Source: Calditrichia bacterium
Lineage (GTDB): Bacteria; Calditrichota; Calditrichia; JAJRVZ01
Direction: 5' to 3'
Length of the DNA stretch: 64,000 nucleotides
Assembly: GCA_963796965.1 (NCBI GenBank)
Contig: CAWCNS010000005.1
Coordinates: 512,001-576,000 of the forward strand
A program made the translations under genes and the position numbers. Numbering within the stretch: the stretch's first letter is position 1; each line of letters begins with the position of its first letter. Shown piece by piece: positions 52,919 to 63,259 of this stretch. Below the pieces are notes generated by a model, which was given only the letters and a program-made list of their open reading frames with translations, was not told where the DNA came from and did not search any database.

Positions 52919-54829
52919 TCAATCATTTGGATAGATGTTGTTTTCCTCGAATCGATCTGGAATATGCTTATTTCCCAACTTCATACTTTCAATTTCACCA
53001 TCATGCTCAAATTTGATTGTAAAAGTCTTCTTCCCATTTTTCCAGACCGCAGCCGTCTTTTTAATGTTTATTCCTTCTTCTTCTTTGAAGTTGACTTTGA
53101 GTGAAATCGGTACTGGGAGGGTTCCGGCATTTTCAATAACCACTTCCGTATGGCTGTCTTCACTCCGAACAGATCTGATAGCCAAATCCGGATATCCCCG
53201 GCTAAAGAACCATGGATTCCAGAACCAGGTTAGTTTTTCACCATGCACTTCATCAAAAGTAAAAAAGAAATCATAGGGTGACGGATGTTTACCATTCCAT
53301 CGACTCATGAAAGTTTGTAACGCATTTTTAAAATTATCCTTCCCCATGAGATCCTCTAATATGACATAGGCAATTGCCGGTCGACCATAGGAGGCAGAGC
53401 GTAGAGCCCTCCCACCAAACATGGAGGATGGTGTCATAAGTGGAAGATCAATCTCCCGCCCCGCTGTTTTCTCATATTGACTGACTTCTCTCGCTAACCG
53501 GTCATAACCGTCAGCCATTCGATTCTGAAAATCAAGATCCAGCATAACAACCATACCCTCATCCATCCAGGCATACTTGGTCTCATTTGTACCCATATAA
53601 AAAGGAAAATAGGTATGGGAAATTTCATGAGAAGTAAGACCCATAGTCCGTGCCTTTGTTCGGGTTGTTCCATCATTAGCCATCATCGGAAACTCCATTC
53701 CCCCACTCAATCTGCTATTATAGACAGTAAATTGTGGATAAGGGAATGCGACACCAGGCAATTCAAAGGATAGATAAGATATCGTCTTTTTTGCAATATC
53801 AGCAACTTCATATAATTCTTTAGATTCTCGTTTATAGACACCTTCGATCATTACTCTTCTATTATTTTCCTCATCTACCAGAAGGCTTGTTGCATCCCAC
53901 AGATGATTACGGCTCAGGGCGAAGGCAAAGTCCGGTACATAAGAGGCTTTAAAGACCCATGTATTTTGATCACGTTGAATTGTTACCGGACCCTCTAAAT
54001 AATCATCTTTGGAAATGATATGAATGATATCATCCGCATTAAAAGACTTCTGATATCGCTTCAATATCTTTTTAGGGTAAACTTCTTTTGCATTTTGAAG
54101 TAGTCCTGTTGCCCAGACTAAATAATGACCAGGGGCCGTAATTTCAACTTCATAATCCCCGAATTCATGATAGAATTCCTGGCTACCTGTATGGGAGTGC
54201 ATATCCCAACCATCGATATCATCATACACAGATATTTCCGGATACCAATAGGCGACAAACATCGTAGAATCACCCTCTGCCCCCATTCGTTTTCGGCGGG
54301 TCTTTTCAGGAATTAAATTTTCCCATTCCACTTCAAATTCAAGGCTTTTGTCTGGCACGAGTGGCTCAGATAATTCAATGGTCATTATAGTGCCATTTCT
54401 GATAAGTCTCAGGTCGGTGCCAGATAATGGGTAATTATTATCATTAATTTTGAGATCTTTTAACAAAACACCATCATGGATGTCTGCCGGATCTAATTGA
54501 GAATCACGAATGCTGCCTTTTTTATAGCGATCCTGATACAATCGCACAACTAATCTCCTTAATGTATCCGGACTGTTATTGTAATATGTAACCTCTTCTC
54601 TTCCCATTATTTGATGCGTAAGCGGATCGACAGAAACTTTTATTTTGTAGTTTGGGTAGTTTTGCCAATAGTCTTCACCGGGTGCGCCATCCCTTGAGCG
54701 CGTGTCATTGCTGTATGCTTTCTCCATTTCAAGTGGAATATACAAGTCATCTTGCGAGAGGGAGGACGATGCATAGATCAGTATAAACACAGCGATTATT
54801 AAATGAGTCCCATGTCTATAAATTTTCAT
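52919..54829 (-). CDS. M1 family metallo-aminopeptidase; secreted
   Basis: GGMEFP, HEISH-x18-E (WMDEG), signal peptide. Confidence 0.92.
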   Translation of the reverse strand: MKIYRHGTHLIIAVFILIYASSSLSQDDLYIPLEMEKAYSNDTRSRDGAPGEDYWQNYPNYKIKVSVDPLTHQIMGREEVTYYNNSPDTLRRLVVRLYQDRYKKGSIRDSQLDPADIHDGVLLKDLKINDNNYPLSGTDLRLIRNGTIMTIELSEPLVPDKSLEFEVEWENLIPEKTRRKRMGAEGDSTMFVAYWYPEISVYDDIDGWDMHSHTGSQEFYHEFGDYEVEITAPGHYLVWATGLLQNAKEVYPKKILKRYQKSFNADDIIHIISKDDYLEGPVTIQRDQNTWVFKASYVPDFAFALSRNHLWDATSLLVDEENNRRVMIEGVYKRESKELYEVADIAKKTISYLSFELPGVAFPYPQFTVYNSRLSGGMEFPMMANDGTTRTKARTMGLTSHEISHTYFPFYMGTNETKYAWMDEGMVVMLDLDFQNRMADGYDRLAREVSQYEKTAGREIDLPLMTPSSMFGGRALRSASYGRPAIAYVILEDLMGKDNFKNALQTFMSRWNGKHPSPYDFFFTFDEVHGEKLTWFWNPWFFSRGYPDLAIRSVRSEDSHTEVVIENAGTLPVPISLKVNFKEEEGINIKKTAAVWKNGKKTFTIKFEHDGEIESMKLGNKHIPDRFEENNIYPND

Positions 54830-54911
54830 TTTATACCTTTTAATTTTAGATTATCTGGAATTAGAATGGCTATAATTTAGAGGATTTTTACATTTGTGCC
54901 AAGTGAATCAT

Positions 54912-55104
54912 ATAGCACGCGGATAACACAGATGACACTGATTTTCGCAGATTTTCTATACTAATTTATGATTTGCATCAAATATCTATAAACTTTTGAT
55001 TAAATTGGTATTTATTTAATCTAATTTTCAACCATTCTAAAAATCAATAAAGAAAAAAATAGAATCCGTAGAAATCCGGGTTATCCGCGTCATCCGCGTT
55101 CTAT
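54912..55104. repeat. Palindromic miniature element, family D (copy 2, inverted)
   Basis: ATAGCACGCGGATAACAC...GTTATCCGCGTCATCCGCGTTCTAT. Confidence 0.8.
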
Positions 55105-56156
55105 TCAAAGGCAACGAAGGCAAGGATGGTTTTAGGATGCTTGTCAGTTACAATCAGAAAGCCACGATCATTTAACCTTACAATCCCTTCCCAATTGTTC
55201 CCACTTCCCTCGCCTTGGGTTACAAGATATATGGGCTCACCCTCAACATGTCCGATTCTTGTATCTGAATACTTAAACGCGACAATCCTCTCGATGACTT
55301 GATCCTTATCAAATGAGGGTAGGTTTACCTGTTTTGTAAATAGAATATCTTTCGCTGGATGGGATACACCAAAATCACCAGGCCAGTAATAATTAAGGAC
55401 CCAAAAGCGACCATCAGGATCAATCGCTGTTGCATCGGTTATTCTATATTCAGTAGCCGGGAATGGGATCAAACTTGTTTTTTGGGTAGTTGGATCTATC
55501 TGAACAGCAACGGGATTTGGGTTTACGTTGGCTCCATTCATTTCAAAAATGGCAACAATCTTATCTTTCACCCTTATTAGAGATTCAAAAGACATATTCC
55601 GGATTTGAGCCGGCAATTGTAATTGTAAGATGCTCTCCGGATCCAAATCCAGTCGTCTTGTATCTTCTGAAATCCTCCCGCCCACCAGATAAGAACTCAT
55701 TTCGCCGTCTCTTCGCGATTCGACAGTTAGATAAACCTGGTTATCATTAAAAACGATCGCCTCATACCCCTGAAACCCAGGAATCTTAACAGCTATCCCA
55801 TGATCATCAATTTCAATCTTTTTAGGAATTAGTTTTGTTGGAGATTGTTTTTCTAAATAAGTGATAATTTCTTTTTGGGAAATCGTAAAAATGGTCCCTG
55901 CGTCAGCACTTCGATACCGATTAGGATATTGGGGAAGCAAGATGAGTTGGTCCCCATACCAGGTAAGACCGGATATTTCAGCACCTCTATCGGTACTGAT
56001 CTCATCAACATAGATTTCAGTTATGGGATTTCCATAGATAGGATTATCTGTCCTATCTTTCTCTTTTTCACATGCAGAAAGGGTAAACAGAAAATTTAAA
56101 AGCAAATAATAAGAAAACCACAGATCAGTTCCTGAACTTACACGATTCAAATTCAA
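55101..56156 (-). CDS. Hypothetical beta-propeller lipoprotein (SdiA-regulated/phytase-like)
   Basis: Lipobox LSAC; repeated EISGL, YEAI, FESL and WEGI blade motifs. Confidence 0.7.
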   Translation of the reverse strand: MNLNRVSSGTDLWFSYYLLLNFLFTLSACEKEKDRTDNPIYGNPITEIYVDEISTDRGAEISGLTWYGDQLILLPQYPNRYRSADAGTIFTISQKEIITYLEKQSPTKLIPKKIEIDDHGIAVKIPGFQGYEAIVFNDNQVYLTVESRRDGEMSSYLVGGRISEDTRRLDLDPESILQLQLPAQIRNMSFESLIRVKDKIVAIFEMNGANVNPNPVAVQIDPTTQKTSLIPFPATEYRITDATAIDPDGRFWVLNYYWPGDFGVSHPAKDILFTKQVNLPSFDKDQVIERIVAFKYSDTRIGHVEGEPIYLVTQGEGSGNNWEGIVRLNDRGFLIVTDKHPKTILAFVAFE

Positions 56157-56498
56157 TTCCCATAATTATAATTTATTTGTACTGTTTTGACTTGGTGTTT
56201 ACACATATTTTTAAATTTTGATATCCTGGCCATGCGTTAATACATGGATTGAATACGTTTGCTGTCATCCTGTCCCGGAACGGGATCGCGTCTCGGAAGA
56301 AGGATCCTCCTCCATGTAACGCCGAACAATAAAATGAAGGAAGATGGACAATGTGACACGTCCCCCGGACGCACTGAATATAAATACCAACTTTATTTCT
56401 ATTCAAATTTTGTCAAAAAGTGTAAACACATGATCAAGACAACACAATATATTAATATATAGAAGATTATGGATTAGAATGATCATCTCCCCGGTAAG

Positions 56499-56536
56499 AA
56501 AAAAAAAGTGGTTATAATTAATATATTATAACCACT
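56499..56536 (-). terminator. Rho-independent terminator
   Basis: AGTGGTTATAAT/ATTATAACCACT 12-bp stem followed by a T tract on the minus strand. Confidence 0.75.
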
Positions 56537-56563
56537 CTGTTCAAAAAACCCTTCATGTATTGA

Positions 56564-57241
56564 TTAGTATTCCAGAGATTCTCCATAGGTTAAGATTTGT
56601 GCTTCCTTACCAAGCGATTTAACCTTCGAAACAAATTCATCCGGATCCACATCAATGACATCAAAAGTTTTATAATGCATCGGTATTACTTTACGGGGGT
56701 TTAGAAATTGCACGGCCCTAAGAGCATCATCAAGACCCATGGTAAAATTATCCCCTATTGGTATGAGGGCAATCTCAAGAGGCGTAATTTCACCAATTAA
56801 CTTCATATCCCCAAAAAGGCCCGTATCACCACTATGATAAACGGTTTTATTATCAATAGTAATAAGAACACCTGTCGGCATTCCTCCATAAGACCCATCG
56901 GGAAATGATGATCCATGGAAAGCCTGGGTCAATTTCACCTTACCAAAAGGAAATTCATGCGCACCGCCGATATGCATGGGATGAGCCGTTACACCCTGCG
57001 CGCCACACCAATTAGCGATCTCAAAATTTGATATTATCGTTGCATTATCACGTTTTGCGATGGGAATAGCATCTCCAATATGATCACCATGGGCATGCGT
57101 AATAATTATATAATCAGCCTTTACATCCTTTGATTTAACCGGTGAGGTAGGATTATCATCTAAAAATGGGTCTATCAGAATAGTATCTTTGTCTGTTTCT
57201 ATCATCCAGGCCGAATGACTAAAGTAGGTCAATTTAGGCAT
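56564..57241 (-). CDS. Metal-dependent hydrolase, MBL fold (UPF0173)
   Basis: IDPFL, THAHGDH, YHSGDT, PIGDNFTMG, PMHY. Confidence 0.92.
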   Translation of the reverse strand: MPKLTYFSHSAWMIETDKDTILIDPFLDDNPTSPVKSKDVKADYIIITHAHGDHIGDAIPIAKRDNATIISNFEIANWCGAQGVTAHPMHIGGAHEFPFGKVKLTQAFHGSSFPDGSYGGMPTGVLITIDNKTVYHSGDTGLFGDMKLIGEITPLEIALIPIGDNFTMGLDDALRAVQFLNPRKVIPMHYKTFDVIDVDPDEFVSKVKSLGKEAQILTYGESLEY

Positions 57242-57391
57242 AAATCACCTCCTAAAAATTTAAAAATATTTAATTGAGAATGGTAAATAGTCAAGAGTGA
57301 ATAGAATATTGCACTCATTCAAAATTCACTATTCAACGTTCACCATTCTCAATTAATTTGAAGCTTAATACCAAGTTGCCACCAAGACATA

Positions 57392-58345
57392 TCAGGACAT
57401 CGCATCCACTTCATCGACCGTTTTTTGTACAGCAGCAACGGAATTTTTGAATGCTTCTTTCTCATCCGAAGTTAAATCCATTTCGATCACTTCTTCAATA
57501 CCATTTTTGCCCAAGATAACAGGGACACCTATAAACAATCCATCAACCCCATACTCACCAGTAAGTAATACACAGGATGGTACAATCTTTCTGGCATCAT
57601 GAGCAATGGACTCAACCATTTCCAATGCACCCCAGGCAGGAGAAACAAAGGCAGAACCTGAACCGAGAAGTTTTACCACTTCCCCGCCGGCTTTGCGTGT
57701 GCGTGTTTCAATTTCTGCCAACTTATCTGCAGTAACAAATTTTTCAACAGGCATACCCGCTACGCGGCAAGCACTTCTGATTGGGAGCATTGAATCACCA
57801 TGACCGCCAAGAACAACAGCTGTAACATTTTCTACCGCAACCTGAGCTTCCCAGGCAATAAAATGGCGATATCGTGCAGAATCCAGGGCACCAGCCATAC
57901 CCATTAACTTATTTTTTGATGGTTTCAGATTCAGATAGAGTTTATAAACAATCGCATCTAATGGATTTGCTACAGAGACAATAATTGCATTAGGACAATT
58001 TTTTTGAATACCCTCAGATACAGCATCGGTAATTTTAAGATTGGTTGCCAATAACTCCTCGCGTGTGGGAATCGTACCATCCGGACGGGTTGTTCTGGGA
58101 ACACCAGCAGTATTAATAACAACATCCGCTCCTTCAATAATATCATAGGTTTTTCCACCAATACATCTAACATCGGCACCAATTGTTGCCGAACCTTCAG
58201 CAATATCCAAAGCTTTACCTTTTGCCAGATCCGGTTCCTTAATATCAACAAGTGCTACTTCTCTGGCTAATTTACGCTGGACGATTTCCTGCATCAATAC
58301 GCCACCAATATTTCCACCACCAATGAGACCAATTTTGTTTAACAT
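57392..58345 (-). CDS. mdh: Malate dehydrogenase (LDH-like type)
   Basis: GGGNIG, TAGVPR, ANPLD, LDSAR, LGGHGD, SAFVSPA. Confidence 0.93.
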   Translation of the reverse strand: MLNKIGLIGGGNIGGVLMQEIVQRKLAREVALVDIKEPDLAKGKALDIAEGSATIGADVRCIGGKTYDIIEGADVVINTAGVPRTTRPDGTIPTREELLATNLKITDAVSEGIQKNCPNAIIVSVANPLDAIVYKLYLNLKPSKNKLMGMAGALDSARYRHFIAWEAQVAVENVTAVVLGGHGDSMLPIRSACRVAGMPVEKFVTADKLAEIETRTRKAGGEVVKLLGSGSAFVSPAWGALEMVESIAHDARKIVPSCVLLTGEYGVDGLFIGVPVILGKNGIEEVIEMDLTSDEKEAFKNSVAAVQKTVDEVDAMS

Positions 58346-58491
58346 AGGAAACTCCTTTGATTGGGGTTTAAATTGTCTTTTGCGAATCTATCATAATTGA
58401 GGATTATATCTATTTGGAAAGGATTAATTGTGAATTAATATACAAATTGGAGAAAACGAATGCAAGGAAGGTATCTAGGATCTGCTGTTAT

Positions 58492-58914
58492 TTATCCGTA
58501 GATAAGTTCTTTAATATCTTTACAATCAACCGTAGCCTTATATACAATGCAATTTCGACAATTATCCATGGGATGGGAACATTTCTCTTCAGTAGCCCAA
58601 CAGGGTCGCTCAGAATTGCTAAAAGCCACACATCCCTCTTTTTCATGGTGATTGCATTTACGGAGACGCCAACATGGAACTAAAGCAAGCATCCGCCTGA
58701 GACCTTCGTAATTCATTCCGTTTTCTGAAATCATCCGGCGTATGCAACGTACTTTCTCTATTTCCAGATCTGAATACATACGACGACCGGTGGGTGTACG
58801 CTCGGATAGTATGAGTCCTTCTTGTTCGTATACCCTTAACAGGTGCACAGAGACACCAAGCAATTTCGCTGCGACACCGATCGTGTAGTTGGGATCTGTA
58901 TTGATTTTCTTCAT
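58492..58914 (-). CDS. MerR-family regulator with Cys-rich (two-CW-like) C-terminal domain, paralog 1
   Basis: IGVAAKLLGVSVHLLRVYEQEGLI HTH; PCW...PCW with 8 Cys. Confidence 0.9.
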   Translation of the reverse strand: MKKINTDPNYTIGVAAKLLGVSVHLLRVYEQEGLILSERTPTGRRMYSDLEIEKVRCIRRMISENGMNYEGLRRMLALVPCWRLRKCNHHEKEGCVAFSNSERPCWATEEKCSHPMDNCRNCIVYKATVDCKDIKELIYG

Positions 58915-59147
58915 TTTTAAATAAAGAGAAAATAAAGATAAGGCCAAAGGCTAAAGGAGATTCTAAAGGTAAAAGGAAAAGTAAACGCTGAAGGTTTGAG
59001 AAAAAGGTAATAATATAGAGATTAATAAATAGTAAAAATCATAATAAAATCTTTATCTCTACCTTTTTCCTTTTAATCTTAATTCCTCTTAACCTTTACC
59101 CTTTTGCCTAGGGCCTTTCTCCTATAAGTTATTATTTCAATTAATAT

Positions 59148-59361
59148 GTGTCCGGTTAAGATTTAGATATGTATTCATAAACAAGAGGAAATCAAATGAT
59201 TTTATTAATTTCCAAACATGGGAACTTGATTCAAAGAACTCTCCCTAAATCCCTCTCTTACAAAGAGAGGGACTTTGAGGAGCCCTTCTCGTAAGGAAGA
59301 GAAGGGATTTTTATATGAGAATTTCTATTAAAACATTGATTCATCTTTTAAACCGGATACG
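59148..59361. repeat. MITE-like segment with nested CCCTCTC...GAGAGGG hairpins
   Basis: GTGTCCGGTTAA ... TAAACCGGATAC ends; internal TCCCTCTCTT ACA AAGAGAGGGA and CCCTTCTC...GAGAAGGG; similar hairpins near 5828, 13831, 49649. Confidence 0.55.
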
Positions 59362-59380
59362 TTAATTTCGCTTAATATCT

Positions 59381-60674
59381 TTAGAAAGCATACCCTACAC
59401 CCACACTCCAGGCAAAAATATCCATCTGGTGAGTACCAGGCTGTTCATTTACAAAACCCGCAAAAGGATTAGCAGGATTGTTCAAATCATCAGAGATAAC
59501 GCGTTCTTTACCTATCAGGTATTCGCCACCAAGTTCAAAAGCCCATTGTCCTGCTTTATAGCCAGCACCAAGTGAAAAGGCATTATTCGTAGAAGAAGGA
59601 AAGAGAATGTTTAATGTTTCATCAGGAGCAGGAGCTGGATCGTAATAATATCCGGCACGGACAGGCTAATTCTTTTGTTGCCAGCCATTCCAAGCCAAAA
59701 CGAAGCATTGTGGCATCTTTCCAGTTCAACACAAACTCATTACCTCCTGAGGCTTCCATCATTGCTTTCCATTGAGGATCCTTGTACTCTGCAACAAGAA
59801 CATCCTGGGTTTTTGACCATTGACTGTACTGAGCATCAAACGTAACGACGAGAGATTCTGTAGGTCTGACAGCTAGACCACCGGCGATCCATGTCGGCCA
59901 GGAGACTTCCCGATCAAATTCACTCTCAGTTGGAGCACCTGCGTTTACAAAAAACGGATTTTTAGCAGTACCACTCATATTGACCTTAGCCTGTGAACGA
60001 TAGGTGGCGCCCAGGGTAAACATTTCATTAATTTTATACTGTGCACCAATCGTAAAACCGACACCGGTACCAGTGGATTCTTCGCTATACTGGGCATAGG
60101 TTTGCGCCGCAACTTCTGCCGGACGTTTCAGATCGAAAAAAGCATAATAAATATTGACAGCCAAACCGAGAGAAAAATCTTCTGAAATCTTATAGGCAGC
60201 GGATGGTGATATACTTATCGCACCGATTTCACTCATCCATTCAAAAGAAGCACCACCACTTAAGCTCGTTAGATCATCTCCATTCCATTGTACACCTAGT
60301 CCCGCCGGAACAAAAACGCCTAAACCAAAGGTCCAGTCGCCCGATTGATAGGTAGCAAAAAGATTTGGGGCCACATACATTTTGTTGTCAGCTTTCGCAT
60401 CAATATCAATTCCAAACGTCGGATAACTCCAGGCATAGTTTGCCGATGGGGTGATTCCGGTTACATAAACACCTACAAATGCTCCCGGTACATTAGAAAT
60501 ACCGGCCGGATTCCAATAGATGGCTGTTGCATCATCAGCCAAGCCAACCATCGCACCACCCATACTCAGAGCACGGGTACCAATACTATTAAGCGACAGC
60601 CCATTGGCAAAAGCACCAGTTGTCATTACCAATACCAGCATAATGACCATAATTAGGTTAAGAATGTTTCTCAT
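59381..60674 (-). CDS. fadL: FadL/OMPP1/TodX outer-membrane transporter, 1-nt insertion near 59665
   Basis: Signal peptide, ALSMGGA...ADDATAIYWNPAG; corrected frame gives VRAGYYYDPAPAPD and ends GVGYAF* at 59381 (terminal Phe). Confidence 0.88.
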
Positions 60675-61035
60675 ACTTCCTCCATTAATTAGGTTAAGGG
60701 TTTATTTATTCTTCTATCTCACCGAAAAAAGCACGTTTAATAGATTCATCCAAAATTCCGGGCATCTGCATATGGTCCCTAAAAACCCACTTACCTGCAT
60801 CTCAAAAATATATATCTATCCGGAACATCTCCCGGGTACTATATACATTAATCCTATTTTTTTCTTCTTAAATTAATATTTCTATTGGATAGACTGTAGA
60901 ACGACCAATACCGTGATATGCTGCAATTCCATTAATGAAAAATGTAACAATCGTCATTATACTCATCATTAATTTCTTTATTAATGCTCTCTAAAATATA
61001 AGGTAAGGGGTTGTTAAAATTGGACCGGTACATAT

Positions 61036-61059
61036 AATCTATAATAAATGTTATAGATT
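61036..61059. promoter_or_regulatory. Palindromic operator candidate upstream of fadL
   Basis: AATCTATAA-TAAATG-TTATAGATT perfect 9-bp IR; on the minus strand it overlaps a TTGAAA-N17-TAGATT promoter candidate. Confidence 0.55.
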
Positions 61060-61227
61060 TTCAAGTGTTTTTTATTCATATGAAAAATATTTAATCCCTC
61101 GCCCTTTTATGAAGAATATTCTTTACAGGATATAAATATAAAGCAGATAATTAAATATTGCCAACAGAATAACTTTCATTTTACGATTTTTGTGTGTGTA
61201 TATGGTGAAACGACTAATTTGGTTAAT

Positions 61228-61938
61228 GTAACGGCGCGATTCATCGCGCCGCTCTACACAACTCGCAGACTGAATTGCAGTTATAACACTTCATCTATCT
61301 TGAAATAATCAGGCTATCTGGCAGAGAACTGTGTGCCTGTATATTTATCAATTTCATTGCACCGGTAACGGTGCGATTCATCGCGCCGCACTACACAAAT
61401 CGCAAACTGAATTGCATTTATAACACTTCATCTATCTTGAAATAATCTGGCTATCTGGTAGAAAACTGTTGCATTGTATATTTATCAATTTCATTGCACT
61501 GGTAACGGCGCGATTAATCGCGCCGCTCTACACAACTCGCAGGCTGAATTGCATTTATGACACTTCATTTATCTTGAAATAATCAGGCTGTCTGGTAGAG
61601 AACTTGTGCCTGTATATTTATCAATTTCATTGCACTGGTAACGGCGCGATTAATCGCGCCGCTCTACACAAATCGCAAACTGAATTGCATTTATAACACT
61701 TCATCTATCTTGAAATAATCGGGCTGTCTGGAAGAAAACTGTTGCACTGTATACTTAATCAATTTCATTGCACTGGTAACGGCGCGATTAATCGCGCAGC
61801 TCTACACAAATCGCAAACTGAATTGCATTTATAACACTTCACCTATCTTGAAATAATCAGGCTGTCTGGTAGAGAACTTGTGCCTCTATATTTATCAATT
61901 TCCTTGTACTAGTGCGGCGCGATTAATCGCGCCGTTAC
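61228..61938 (+). repeat. Upstream tandem array: five 136-138-bp REP-containing units plus a terminal REP
   Basis: GTAACGGYGCGATTMATCGCG starts at 61228, 61365, 61502, 61638, 61776; conserved spacers; final REP 61912-61938 ends GTTAC. Confidence 0.95.
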
Positions 61939-62142
61939 GTAAAACACCAAAGTGACATAACAATTGTAGTAAAATTAAAGAAACTCTGAAAAACATATAA
62001 AATAAATATATCAGCTCTAGATAAGTTGTTTTTTGGTCAATACAGGAGGGAATATGGAAAATTACCAGGACACGATATCTTTATCATATACTTAAGTGAT
62101 GTGGTTGCGGTGCGATATCCTTCGTTTGTTTTAGTGTTGTGG

Positions 62143-62169
62143 TTGCAGCGCGATGAATCGCGCCGTTAC
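62143..62169. repeat. REP just upstream of the RAYT
   Basis: TTGCAGCGCGATGAATCGCGCCGTTAC; partial copy at 62101-62116. Confidence 0.8.
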
Positions 62170-62245
62170 AATGATCATTAGTTGGCATAAAAATTGAATA
62201 ATGATTAGAATAATATGTCGTCGACATAAATAGGATAAATATGGT

Positions 62246-62785
62246 ATGGATGAGTTATTTTTCGATCAATATATCCGTGGAAGTAGGAGATTACCCGGTA
62301 ACGATTATGCCTCTCCTGGATATTATTTTATCACCATCAATACAAAACCAAAGATTTTATTCTTTGGGAAAATTGTCAACCATAAAATATTACTGTCTGA
62401 TATGGGTAAAATTATACTTAATAATTGGATTCAAATACCCAGAAAATTTAACAATATTAAGTTGGATAAATTCGTAATCATGCCTGATCACATTCATGGA
62501 ATCTTATATATTGATAAGGTCCTACCCAAAAAGAGAACTTATAGCAACGATTCTAACAATAATAAAAAAGGAGGAATTACCGGCTTAAACAATCCAATGA
62601 TCAATAACCAATCAATTTCTAATGTAATTCGTTGGTTTAAAGCCAGAAGCACTTTCCAAATCAGGCAAAAATATCCTGAGAAACAATTTGCCTGGCAACC
62701 CCGCTTTTATGACAGAATTATAAAAGATGAAAATGTTCTTTATTCAGCACGAATGTACATTATAAACAATCCGAAAAGGGCTTAA
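62246..62785 (+). CDS. rayT: REP-associated tyrosine transposase (RAYT, HUH Y1)
   Basis: RRLPGNDYASPGYYFITINT, FVIMPDHIHGI (HUH), WQPRFYDRIIKD, YIINNP (catalytic Tyr); flanked by REPs. Confidence 0.92.
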   Translation: MDELFFDQYIRGSRRLPGNDYASPGYYFITINTKPKILFFGKIVNHKILLSDMGKIILNNWIQIPRKFNNIKLDKFVIMPDHIHGILYIDKVLPKKRTYSNDSNNNKKGGITGLNNPMINNQSISNVIRWFKARSTFQIRQKYPEKQFAWQPRFYDRIIKDENVLYSARMYIINNPKRA

Positions 62786-62797
62786 TCTATTCACCCG

Positions 62798-63259
62798 GTA
62801 ACGGCGCGATTCATCGCGTCGCACTACATAGATAGCAAGCTGAATTGCATTTATAACACTTCATTTATCTTGATATAATCAGACTGTCTGGTAGAAAACT
62901 GGGGCCTGTATATTTATCAATTTCATTGCACCGGTAACGGCGCGATTAAGAGGCTGTGTAGAAACACAGCCTCTTCATCGCGCCGCTCTACACAAATCGC
63001 AAACTGAATTGCATTTATAACACTTCACCTATCTTGAAATAATCAGGCTGTCTGGTAGAGAACTTGTGCCTGTATATTTATCAATTTCCTTGTACTAGTG
63101 CGGCGCGATGAATCGCGCCGCTCTATACAACTCGCAGGCTGAATTGCATTTGCGACACTTCATTTATCTTGAAGAAATTGGCTGTCTGGTAGAAAACTGC
63201 TGCCTGTATATTTATCAATTTCATTGCACTGGTAACGGTGCGATTAATCGCGTTGTTAC
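62798..63259 (+). repeat. Downstream tandem array: three REP-containing units plus a terminal REP
   Basis: Units start at 62798, 62934 (164 bp including a 28-bp insert) and 63098; terminal REP 63232-63259. Confidence 0.95.

Noticed and set aside
58385..58405. Third MerR operator upstream of mdh
   Set aside because: AATCTATC half-site only; spacing and second half do not match
61500..61640. Small peptide ORF (MKLINIQA...) on the minus strand of each array unit
   Set aside because: The frame is not kept between units (lengths 134-138), and the ATG is lost in two units
61228..63259. CRISPR array
   Set aside because: Spacers are ~107 bp and near-identical to one another, there are no cas genes, and the repeat is a RAYT-type REP
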